Shown one piece after another: positions 1 through 6,417 of a DNA stretch of 43,719 bases. The position numbers and the translations under genes are program-made. The stretch is from a virus. Within the stretch, counting starts at the first letter, position 1; each line of letters begins with the position of its first letter. Location: the IMG/VR virus record IMGVR_UViG_3300045988_022668, positions 1-43,719 of that record; one strand, written 5' to 3'. Below the pieces are notes generated by a model. That model worked only from the letters and a program-made list of their open reading frames with translations, did no database searches and was not told the DNA's origin.

Positions 1-119
1 ACTTTTTTTATGGCATTAATTAAATGCGTAGAATGCGGAAAAGAAATTTCTGACAAAGCAACATTTTGCCCATCCTGCGGTTGCCCGGTCGAGAAGGAAG
101 TCCGAAACGCTCCGATTAC
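1..119. repeat. Terminal overlap copy 1 (identical to 43601-43719)
   Basis: Direct base-by-base comparison of the first 119 nt with the last 119 nt. Confidence 0.95.
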
Positions 120-531
120 ATTTTGGTGGGTCGGAAAAAGAGGGGACAGCCTCAGAAAAACCACTGTTTACATTGATGGTGAAGAAGTTGCCACTATGAA
201 ATGCGGAAGCCAAGCGACTGTATTAGTAAACGGTGCTACTCATCAGGTAAATATGTACCAAGGAAAATATCATTTGATATCGGAAGAAATAACTATCGAT
301 TCAGAAGGCGAAGTCTTCGCATACAAAGAAGTTCCCGGGTTTACGCACGTAAAGCTTGAAAAAATAAGCAATGCGGAATTGAACAGAAAGCCACGGTGCC
401 CAACCTGCGGCAGCGATAAAGTGAAGAAGATATCTGCTTCAAGGAAAATTTTTGAGCTCGAAATGATTGGATTCGCCAGTGGCTCGGCCGGGAAAACCTT
501 TGAATGTAAAACTTGTGGGTATAAATGGTAA
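10..531 (+). CDS. Double zinc-ribbon protein (173 aa), first gene of the rightward operon
   Basis: N-terminal CVECGK...CPSCGCP and C-terminal CPTCGS...CKTCGYKW CxxC pairs. GGAGG lies 9 nt upstream of the ATG. Confidence 0.7.
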   Translation: MALIKCVECGKEISDKATFCPSCGCPVEKEVRNAPITFWWVGKRGDSLRKTTVYIDGEEVATMKCGSQATVLVNGATHQVNMYQGKYHLISEEITIDSEGEVFAYKEVPGFTHVKLEKISNAELNRKPRCPTCGSDKVKKISASRKIFELEMIGFASGSAGKTFECKTCGYKW

Positions 532-537
532 ATAGAA

Positions 538-990
538 ATGTCTAAACGTATCACGGTATCCGTTAAACAAAAACTCTTTGATTTAATTGATCTTTACTGC
601 AAAAATGAAGATATAACCGTTGCGGCATTTTCTCGGAAAGTCGGAAAACACAATCGTTGGATAAGCGAAGTAAAGCGAGGAAGAAATCTCCCCTCCCCAG
701 AAGAAGCCGCCCGCATGTGCATCCTCCTAGAAACTACCCCCGAAGAAATCCTGCTGCACGAAGGCGAGACAGATGAAGAAACGGCCAAATGCCTGGAGGA
801 TATCCAGCGGGTGAAAGAACTGGTGGAAGAGCTGCGGAAAGAAGAGCCGATCCACATAGGCGCCAGCTTGCCAATCACCAGGGAAGCGTGGGAAGCGGAG
901 GCCGAGAAATGGTCCGACGAGGACCTTCTGAAGGCTATGCGGAAACTCTTGGCGATCCAGGAAGAAAGGCGAGAGAAGAATGGAGATTGA
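538..990 (+). CDS. XRE/CI-type HTH DNA-binding protein (150 aa), candidate repressor
   Basis: ITVAAFSRKVGKHNRWISEVKRGRNLPSPEEAARM resembles a Cro/CI-type helix-turn-helix. Acidic coiled-coil tail. Sits on the opposite strand to the cro-like gene across the switch region. Confidence 0.6.
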   Translation: MSKRITVSVKQKLFDLIDLYCKNEDITVAAFSRKVGKHNRWISEVKRGRNLPSPEEAARMCILLETTPEEILLHEGETDEETAKCLEDIQRVKELVEELRKEEPIHIGASLPITREAWEAEAEKWSDEDLLKAMRKLLAIQEERREKNGD

Positions 991-1264
991 GTTGACCCGT
1001 GCGGCAAAAAAATCTCTGGCGGCACTCTACAAAGAGTACCGCCAGAGGATAAATGCCGGGATGAAAAAGGCACAGGCCATTTCTTTTGAGAATTGTTCCG
1101 AGGATATCTTGGAAAGCCGGAACGAGCTGAAGGCCGCCGGCCTGGTGAAGGTCGATATCCTGGGCAATATTCAGCTCACGGACAGAGCCATCATTTTCAT
1201 GGAGGGGAAAGCCTGGGACACCATTAAGGAATGGCTTTCATTCGGCGCTCAGTTTATACCCTAA
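980..1264 (+). CDS. Hypothetical protein (94 aa)
   Basis: ORF overlaps the upstream stop by 11 nt. Non-repetitive, balanced composition. No family recognised with confidence. Confidence 0.5.
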   Translation: MEIELTRAAKKSLAALYKEYRQRINAGMKKAQAISFENCSEDILESRNELKAAGLVKVDILGNIQLTDRAIIFMEGKAWDTIKEWLSFGAQFIP

Positions 1265-1459
1265 TTTGTCCTCGATAAAACGGATAAACTCGTCCCCGGA
1301 GAACGCCTTGCCGGAATGCACATTCTGGACGCTGAAAGAGACGTCGCACCCGTCCGTGTGGAAGGTCAGCTCCTCGCAGCGAAGCGGGAGCCCGTTCACG
1401 ATTGCATAGGTTTTATCGCCGTCAGAAGCGATGAGAATTTTAGGGTTGGATAATACCAT
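1238..1459 (-). CDS. Hypothetical protein (73 aa)
   Basis: ATG preceded by GGAAGGAG. Convergent with the 980-1264 gene. Confidence 0.5.
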   Translation of the reverse strand: MVLSNPKILIASDGDKTYAIVNGLPLRCEELTFHTDGCDVSFSVQNVHSGKAFSGDEFIRFIEDKLGYKLSAE

Positions 1460-1589
1460 CTTTTTGTAACTCCTTCCATAGTCTGATTTGCTCTTCCTGC
1501 GGTAGTTTCGTTACCGCCAGGATAAATTCCTGTCGCAATGATGGCGCAAGCGCCGAAGATCCCGCACACAACAGTTCCTTCAATTCCAC
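1440..1589 (-). CDS. Small hypothetical protein (49 aa, GTG start), below the ORF-track cutoff
   Basis: AGAGGAAAGAAGG SD before the GTG. Translates to MELKELLCAGSSALAPSLRQEFILAVTKLPQEEQIRLWKELQKDGIIQP. Overlaps the next gene by 20 nt. Confidence 0.35.
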   Translation of the reverse strand: MELKELLCAGSSALAPSLRQEFILAVTKLPQEEQIRLWKELQKDGIIQP

Positions 1590-1692
1590 GCCTTCTTTCC
1601 TCTTAGTTTATACAATTCGCAATCGAAAGTCAACAAGATTCCAATATGTAATACTATATCGATTGGGGAGCCAATCGCAATTTTGTTCTGTT

Positions 1693-1877
1693 GGCCCCTC
1701 CGCCGCCTGCAACCGGCGGAGGGGCCGTGCAGCAGATATCCTGTAACCACTCATCTGCTACGCTTAAATGGTAGCAGATTCCAGCCCGTCGGGGCTATCC
1801 TCTTGCTGGTGAAATTGGCAGATTTTTGGGAAAATAATTTACCGGCACGGGCACAAAGCGCCCTTGCCGGTAAAATT
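1693..1877 (+). promoter_or_regulatory. Cluster of strong hairpins in the leader of the membrane-anchored HTH gene
   Basis: 13-bp GC stem GGCCCCTCCGCCG/CGGCGGAGGGGCC (1693-1725). 9-bp stem ATCTGCTAC/GTAGCAGAT (about 1752-1780). 15-bp stem with one mismatch, TTTACCGGCACGGGC/GCCCTTGCCGGTAAA (about 1838-1877), followed by ATTTTGG just before the SD. Confidence 0.45.
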
Positions 1878-1901
1878 TTGGAAATTGGAGGCGGATATAC
1901 C

Positions 1902-2453
1902 ATGTCAGCGATCCAGGAGCTTGCCCCGTATATCGAGGCGTATCCCCGGCGGGTGCGTGCCGCCAAGGAGGAGAAGCACTACACCATCAGCGATATCATT
2001 GAGCGCTCCGGCGTCTCGGCCTCAGCTGTCAACAAGCTGCTGGCGGGAACGCAGATGGAGCCAAAGCTCTACAACTCGGCGGCCCTCTGCAAGGTCCTGG
2101 GCCTCTCCCTGGACGAGCTCTTCGGCCTCACCGCCCCGGAGGGCAGCGACCGGCAAGCCCGAGAGGAGATACACCAGCTCCAGCTGGAAAATGTCCGCCT
2201 GGAGGCGGAGAATCGCATGGGGGCGGAGCGGGTGGACGCCCAGCGCCCGGTGATCCTTGCCCTGCTGATCCTCTGCACCGCTCTCTGCGCGGCGCTGGCC
2301 GGCTACATCGCCATCGACGCCCAGATCAGCAACGCCGGTCTGATCCAGGGCGGAGACCCCACCGTTGTGGCATGGGGCATCATCGTCCTGCTGGTCCTGG
2401 CCGTCGCCGTCATCGCCTGGGCCATGGTCCGCGCTATCCGGCGAGGAAAGTGA
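1902..2453 (+). CDS. XRE-type HTH regulator with coiled-coil and two C-terminal TM helices (183 aa)
   Basis: ATG at 1902 follows GGAGGCGG. The track ORF from 1683 is an unsupported N-terminal extension. HTH: YTISDIIERSGVSASAVNKLLAG. Hydrophobic: PVILALLILCTALCAALAGYIAI and VVAWGIIVLLVLAVAVIAWAMV. Stop lies 2 nt before the integrase ATG. Confidence 0.75.
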   Translation: MSAIQELAPYIEAYPRRVRAAKEEKHYTISDIIERSGVSASAVNKLLAGTQMEPKLYNSAALCKVLGLSLDELFGLTAPEGSDRQAREEIHQLQLENVRLEAENRMGAERVDAQRPVILALLILCTALCAALAGYIAIDAQISNAGLIQGGDPTVVAWGIIVLLVLAVAVIAWAMVRAIRRGK

Positions 2454-2455
2454 CG

Positions 2456-3535
2456 ATGGACCTCTGTGTTAAGTGTCGGGCGGAGCTGCCGCCTGGGGCA
2501 CTCTATTGCCCCGCCTGCGGGAAAAAGCAGGCGCCGGAAAAGCGTAAGGCCCTGAAGCGGGCCAACGGCACCGGCACAGTCTACCGCCTGCAGGGCAGAC
2601 GGAAGCGCCCCTGGGTGGCGGCGAAAAATCGCGTGGTCATCGGCTACTACGCCAAGAAAACGGAGGCCCTGGAGGCTCTGGAGCGTCTCTCCGGCGTCGA
2701 TATTTCCGAGCGCTACAATATGACTTTCGCCCAGGTTTTCGACGCCTGGAAGCAGGAGCACTACCAGGAGATCGGCCCCCACGGCATCGAATCCTATGAG
2801 CAGGCGTACAAAGTCTTCGCCCCGCTGCACGGCCGGAAATTCCGCGAGCTGCGCACGGCAGACTTCCAGGCCGTCCTGGATGCCCACATGGGCAAGTCTC
2901 ACTCCACCGTCTCCAAGTATAAGCAGCTCATCACCCAGATGTCTACCTGGGCCATGCGCGAGGAACTCATCACCACAAATTTCGCCCGTTTTGCCAAGTT
3001 GCCGGAGCAAAAAAAGACGGAGAAAGAGGTCTTCTCTGCCTCCGACATCGCCAAGCTGCAGGCGGACGACACCGAGGCCGCCAGGATTGTGCTGATGCTG
3101 ATCTACACCGGCATGCGCATCGGCGAGCTCTTCTCTCTGCCCCGCAGCGCATACTATGGCACCTACGTCATCGGCGGCGAGAAGACCGAGGCCGGGCGGA
3201 ACCGGATCATACCCATCTGGCCGGAGGGCCGGGAACACTTTGCCTACTTCGCCTATTTTTCCTCGCCGGGCGGCCTGCTGCTGAGCAGCTACAGCGGGCA
3301 AAAGGTGGCCGCCAATTATCGCAAGCGGGACTACTACCAGCTGCTGGATCGACTGGGCATTGCCCGGAAAACGCCGCACGCTACCCGCCACACCTACGCC
3401 AGCATGGCGGTGACTGCCGACATCCGGCCAGAGCTCCTGCAAAAGATGCTTGGCCATGCAAACTACGCCACGACGGCCAACATCTACCAGCACTTCGACC
3501 CGCAGGAGCTGGTCCGGGCCGTGGAGAATCGCTAG
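2456..3535 (+). CDS. int: Tyrosine recombinase / phage integrase with N-terminal zinc ribbon (359 aa)
   Basis: Catalytic signature TGMRIGEL (Arg), HATRHTYAS (His-x-x-Arg), LGHANYATTANIYQH (His...Tyr). N-terminal CVKCRAELPPGALYCPACG. Confidence 0.9.
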   Translation: MDLCVKCRAELPPGALYCPACGKKQAPEKRKALKRANGTGTVYRLQGRRKRPWVAAKNRVVIGYYAKKTEALEALERLSGVDISERYNMTFAQVFDAWKQEHYQEIGPHGIESYEQAYKVFAPLHGRKFRELRTADFQAVLDAHMGKSHSTVSKYKQLITQMSTWAMREELITTNFARFAKLPEQKKTEKEVFSASDIAKLQADDTEAARIVLMLIYTGMRIGELFSLPRSAYYGTYVIGGEKTEAGRNRIIPIWPEGREHFAYFAYFSSPGGLLLSSYSGQKVAANYRKRDYYQLLDRLGIARKTPHATRHTYASMAVTADIRPELLQKMLGHANYATTANIYQHFDPQELVRAVENR

Positions 3536-3538
3536 TGA

Positions 3539-3552
3539 TTTGTTAGTAACCG
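3539..3552 (+). repeat. 14-bp direct repeat TTTGTTAGTAACCG, copy 1 (candidate integrase arm-type site)
   Basis: Exact repeat of 3746-3759. The two copies bracket the tRNA-like fragment and its terminator. Confidence 0.5.
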
Positions 3553-3658
3553 CAAGCACACACAGACGCACAGGGCCGCACAAAGGCGGAAATAATGCGC
3601 CCTGTACGGCCCTGTGCGCTCCCATATCGTTCCGGTCCCGCTTGACGTGCAGGGGGTC

Positions 3659-3686
3659 ACAGGTTCGAGTCCTGTACCGTCCACCA
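3659..3686 (+). other. 3' terminal fragment of a tRNA or tmRNA gene (T-arm, acceptor 3' strand, discriminator A, CCA): probable attP core
   Basis: ACAGG-TTCGAGT-CCTGT T-stem-loop, then ACCGTCC-A-CCA. No matching 5' acceptor strand, D-arm or anticodon arm upstream. Lies immediately downstream of int. Confidence 0.7.
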
Positions 3687-3692
3687 CGGAAA

Positions 3693-3725
3693 AGTCCCGA
3701 AATCTCAACGATTTCGGGACTTTTT
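3693..3725. terminator. Bidirectional rho-independent terminator
   Basis: AGTCCCGAAAT / ATTTCGGGACT 11-bp stem with a 7-nt loop. T-run after it on the plus strand, and an A-run before it that reads as a U-run for minus-strand transcripts. Confidence 0.75.
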
Positions 3726-3745
3726 GCGTCTGGAAATTTTGAGCG

Positions 3746-3759
3746 TTTGTTAGTAACCG
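3746..3759 (+). repeat. 14-bp direct repeat TTTGTTAGTAACCG, copy 2
   Basis: Exact repeat of 3539-3552. Confidence 0.5.
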
Positions 3760-3769
3760 GGCAGCAACG

Positions 3770-4267
3770 TCACTTTCCGCGCTCCGCGATGCCGTGGTAG
3801 TACGCCGCCATCTTGGCCCGGGGGCCGCCGGCATCGCGATCAAAGAGGAAGGCCTTGGCCATGTCGGCGTAGAACTCCGCCGTGCCGACGCCGTACCGGT
3901 TGGCGACGCCGCAGTAGTCGGAGTACATCATGCACATGGCAGCCCACCAGCACCAGGGGGAGAGCTGGTCGAAGATCACGCCGACACTCTCGGCCACGGC
4001 GGTGGTCTGGTCGACAGTCCAGTGCGGCCCGAAGGTGCCATCCTCGTTGACCATCTTAGAGCACCAGGCCTCGGCATCGGCCTGGGTGAAATCAGCACCG
4101 CCACCGCAGAGAGACTGCTCAGCTGCATCCACTACAGACCAGCACTCCAGCATCCCGCGGACACCGTTAGCGGAGCGCTCCCCCGCAGGCATCCCCATGT
4201 ACTCGGCAATGCCTCGCTCCAACTTGTCCTTGTAGGCGGTGATGATCTCCTTGGTCAGGTAGCCCAT
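3770..4267 (-). CDS. Hypothetical Trp/Cys-rich protein (165 aa), last gene of the accessory operon
   Basis: G-rich SD before the ATG. Motifs NEDGTFGPHWTVDQT and SPWCWWAAMCMMYSDYCG. No family assigned. Confidence 0.65.
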   Translation of the reverse strand: MGYLTKEIITAYKDKLERGIAEYMGMPAGERSANGVRGMLECWSVVDAAEQSLCGGGADFTQADAEAWCSKMVNEDGTFGPHWTVDQTTAVAESVGVIFDQLSPWCWWAAMCMMYSDYCGVANRYGVGTAEFYADMAKAFLFDRDAGGPRAKMAAYYHGIAERGK

Positions 4268-4280
4268 AGTCTACCCCCCG

Positions 4281-4682
4281 TCAGATCCGCTGGACCCGCA
4301 GGGCCACGTTGTTGACGGTGGCAGCGGCGCCGGTCAGCACCAGCGTCAGAGCGGAGCCGGCGGCGCAGCAAGCCTGACGTACCAGCGCCGGGAAGCTGAG
4401 GACAGTGGGGGCGCCCGCAGCAGCGGCAGCGGATGCCGTGGCGCCGGGGATGGCCACGCCGTCCTTGACCAGCGTAGCGGTGACGGTGCCGGCAGCGGTG
4501 GGAGCCACGGTGACGGACACGTCCACGTCATAGTAGCCGGCATTGGTGATGTTGACCGCATTGCCGTTGAGGTTGGCGTCGCAGCCGTACCGGCGGATGA
4601 TGCTGCCCAGCGGGATGACCCCATCAACGGCCACGGCCGTGGGGGTCTGCAGGGCGGTATAGAGAGCAGATTTACAGGACAT
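4281..4682 (-). CDS. Hypothetical Ala/Val/Thr-rich beta-type protein (133 aa) starting MSCKS, with RRYGC and QACCAAG
   Basis: AAAGGAG SD. Composition and size resemble jellyroll spore-surface/appendage-type subunits (tentative). Confidence 0.65.
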   Translation of the reverse strand: MSCKSALYTALQTPTAVAVDGVIPLGSIIRRYGCDANLNGNAVNITNAGYYDVDVSVTVAPTAAGTVTATLVKDGVAIPGATASAAAAAGAPTVLSFPALVRQACCAAGSALTLVLTGAAATVNNVALRVQRI

Positions 4683-4709
4683 ATTTATACGCTCCTTTCA
4701 TAATGTCAA

Positions 4710-4731
4710 GGGCGGGGCATCAGCCCCGCCC
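4710..4731 (-). promoter_or_regulatory. Intercistronic GC hairpin (GGGCGGGGC-loop-GCCCCGCCC)
   Basis: 9-bp perfect stem between the 198-aa and 133-aa genes, followed by only UU on the minus strand. Could be a partial terminator or an mRNA stabiliser. Confidence 0.4.
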
Positions 4732-4780
4732 GTTTCCCGGCCTAAAGGGGCCTACCATCTCGGCGATGTCGCCAAGATGC

Positions 4781-5377
4781 TCAGATGTTGCCGTTGCAGC
4801 CGCCGCAGCCGCAGAAGGGGGACGGACCGGCGTTGTAGGCGTAGCCGTTGGGATACCGGACGACGCCATACATGCGGTTGTCCATCTCCAGGCTGGCGAT
4901 GCGGGCGGACTGCTCCGCGATCCGCTGCTCCAGCTGGCTCTTCTCCAGGGCGGCGAACTTGGCCTCCATGTTGGCGTTCACGCCGTCAATGGCCCGCTGG
5001 GTGGTGCAGCAGCACTCGGCAAGCTGGGCCTGGATGCCATTGGCGCTCTGCATGATGGCCATGTTGGTGCCGTTCTGGGCCAGGGCCATCTCCTTGCCAA
5101 GCTGGCCGATGTTGCCCTGCATCTCGTAGCCGAGGTTACAGATGCCGTTGCCAATGTTGGTGAGGCGGTCGTTGAGCTGGCCGAACTGCTGTCCGTAGAG
5201 GATCTCCTGCTGAGATGCGGCCGTGGCGTACTGGCCAAACTCGCCCTGGCGATTCCAGCCAAATCCGCCGTTCATGAAGACGAGGAAGAGCAGGATGATC
5301 CACCAGCCGCTATTGCCACCCCAGCCGTCGGCGTCCTTGGTCACGGCGGCGAGATCAGAGAGGGAATAGTTATCCAT
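4781..5377 (-). CDS. Hypothetical single-pass membrane, coiled-coil, Cys-rich protein (198 aa)
   Basis: AAAGGAG SD. TM segment WWIILLFLVFMNGGFGW. Gln/Asn-rich helical region. ECCC motif and C-terminal FCGCGGCNGNI. Confidence 0.65.
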   Translation of the reverse strand: MDNYSLSDLAAVTKDADGWGGNSGWWIILLFLVFMNGGFGWNRQGEFGQYATAASQQEILYGQQFGQLNDRLTNIGNGICNLGYEMQGNIGQLGKEMALAQNGTNMAIMQSANGIQAQLAECCCTTQRAIDGVNANMEAKFAALEKSQLEQRIAEQSARIASLEMDNRMYGVVRYPNGYAYNAGPSPFCGCGGCNGNI

Positions 5378-5426
5378 ATAAGGCTCCTTTCGCTAAATTT
5401 TTATTGATAAACCGTGTCGACCCGGC

Positions 5427-5648
5427 TCATCTCAGGAAACGTGCGAACTCCTGCGCCTGGCGCTGGAGCTGCTGGAACTGATCCTGGCTCATGCGGCCGT
5501 CGGCCAGCATCTCCTGGATCTGCTGCTGGGCCCGCTGCGGCGTCATGCCGGCGGCAAATTTGCGGAACTCCGCGATCATGGCCAGGGGATTGTTACTCGG
5601 CCTTGGGCTTGCGCTGCGGCTTAGCATCTCCATCATCGGATTTGCCAC
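5427..5648 (-). CDS. Hypothetical Gln-rich helical protein (73 aa, GTG start; alternative ATG at 5579)
   Basis: GGAGGAG lies 8 nt upstream of the GTG. Overlaps the upstream gene by 56 nt in another frame. Confidence 0.45.
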   Translation of the reverse strand: MANPMMEMLSRSASPRPSNNPLAMIAEFRKFAAGMTPQRAQQQIQEMLADGRMSQDQFQQLQRQAQEFARFLR

Positions 5649-5985
5649 TCAGCATCTCCTCCAATCTGCGCACGCGATCCTCCAGACTGTTGACATCCAC
5701 CGGAGCCGCCGCCTGGTAGGGCGCCACGGTGTACGGGGTGACGGTGGCATAGCCAGCGCCGTCCGTCTGCTTGAGCCACACGATAGGGTCGTTCTCGTCC
5801 ATCAGCAGGATGGAGCTGTTAGGGGCCATGCGGAAGGCGTCAGCGCCATTGCGGCCGTTGACGCGGGTAATCTGACCCCCGAAGGGCTGCGGCCCTCCTA
5901 CGGGGCTCTGAGGGCCCACAGAGGGGTATCCGCCGTAAGGGCTGCCATACGGCGACGGCTGGTAAGGGTTGTTGTAATATCCCAT
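5593..5985 (-). CDS. Hypothetical protein with Pro/Tyr/Gly-rich N-terminus (130 aa), first gene of the accessory operon
   Basis: AAGGAGGTG SD. N-terminus YNNPYQPSPYGSPYGGYPSVGPQSP, a central beta-like core, and a charged coiled-coil tail. Confidence 0.7.
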   Translation of the reverse strand: MGYYNNPYQPSPYGSPYGGYPSVGPQSPVGGPQPFGGQITRVNGRNGADAFRMAPNSSILLMDENDPIVWLKQTDGAGYATVTPYTVAPYQAAAPVDVNSLEDRVRRLEEMLSGKSDDGDAKPQRKPKAE

Positions 5986-6014
5986 AGCGCACCTCCTTGT
6001 CTGCCACTATGGTA

Positions 6015-6103
6015 CAAAAAATCCGGGCAGTCAAACTGCCCGGATTCTGCCCGCATTCTGCGGGGATGGCAGGATGCACAAAAACCGCCGCCGGTTTTGT
6101 GCA
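6015..6103 (-). promoter_or_regulatory. Structured leader with terminator-like hairpin upstream of the accessory operon
   Basis: Minus-strand RNA has three hairpins. 6103-6075: 12-bp stem with one bulge. 6064-6050: CCCGCA/UGCGGG. 6045-6021: AUCCGGGCAG/CUGCCCGGAU followed by U6 (6020-6015). CGGGCAG occurs twice, which allows alternative pairing. Confidence 0.5.
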
Positions 6104-6122
6104 GCTCTACAAACCTCGAAAA

Positions 6123-6175
6123 ATACACCAATTTGGGGTATTTTCTCTTGACAATACCCCAAATTGGTGTATAAT
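6123..6175 (+). promoter_or_regulatory. Consensus promoter (TTGACA 6148-6153, 16-nt spacer, TATAAT 6170-6175) inside a perfect 19-bp inverted repeat (6123-6141 / 6154-6172)
   Basis: Both hexamers match consensus exactly. ATACACCAATTTGGGGTAT and its reverse complement flank the -35 and cover the spacer up to the -10, an operator-like layout. Confidence 0.7.
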
Positions 6176-6218
6176 AATAAATGTAATCAAGAGGGGCACA
6201 GCCCAGGAGGATAAAAAA

Positions 6219-6410
6219 ATGAAGAACACTATGTGGTATGCGGTTATGCGGGACAACGACGATACCGATTGGGGCACCGGCAGCAACAACATGGACGAGG
6301 CCATCGAGATGGCCAAGACGTACCGCGCAAACGGGTACGAGGACGCTTACATCGCCGTGATCGACGACGAGGGCGACCCCATCTGCGTGGACGAGATCCG
6401 GGACTTTTGA
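6219..6410 (+). CDS. Small acidic hypothetical protein (63 aa)
   Basis: AGGAGG SD before the ATG at 6219. The track ORF from 5997 is an upstream extension. Sequence: MKNTMWYAVMRDNDDTDWGTGSNNMDEAIEMAKTYRANGYEDAYIAVIDDEGDPICVDEIRDF. Confidence 0.7.
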   Translation: MKNTMWYAVMRDNDDTDWGTGSNNMDEAIEMAKTYRANGYEDAYIAVIDDEGDPICVDEIRDF

Positions 6411-6417
6411 CTGAGCG

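Noticed and set aside
1-119. Terminal repeats as transposon or LTR ends
   Set aside because: The repeats are direct and identical, and they simply duplicate the SD and 5' end of the first CDS. This is the signature of a circular genome linearised by assembly.
1683-1901. N-terminal 73-aa extension of the HTH-TM protein (track ORF start 1683)
   Set aside because: The extension runs through the hairpin-rich leader and has no SD and a junk-like sequence. ATG 1902 has GGAGGCGG at proper spacing.
2303-3625. 440-aa minus-strand ORF antisense to the integrase gene
   Set aside because: Arg/Gly/Ala/Pro-rich low-complexity translation with no SD. It mirrors a gene with clear tyrosine-recombinase motifs on the other strand. 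This is a typical high-GC shadow ORF.
3590-3686. Complete tRNA gene, and assigning it alanine identity from a U at acceptor position 70
   Set aside because: No 5' acceptor strand complementary to ACCGTCC, and no D or anticodon arm, can be found upstream. With only the 3' strand present, the partner of U70 is unknown, so a G3:U70 (Ala/tmRNA) call is not justified.
4703-6174. Plus-strand ORFs 4703-5407 (234 aa) and 5491-6174 (227 aa) in the accessory region
   Set aside because: They are antisense to SD-supported minus-strand genes. The translations are Ala/Gly/Leu/Arg-rich with no motifs.
6104-6218. A minus-strand promoter for the accessory operon within the divergent region
   Set aside because: The candidate hexamer pairs (TTGTCA...TATTTT, TTGATT...TATTAT, TTGGTG...TAGAGC) have wrong spacing or poor -10 elements. 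No call was made.
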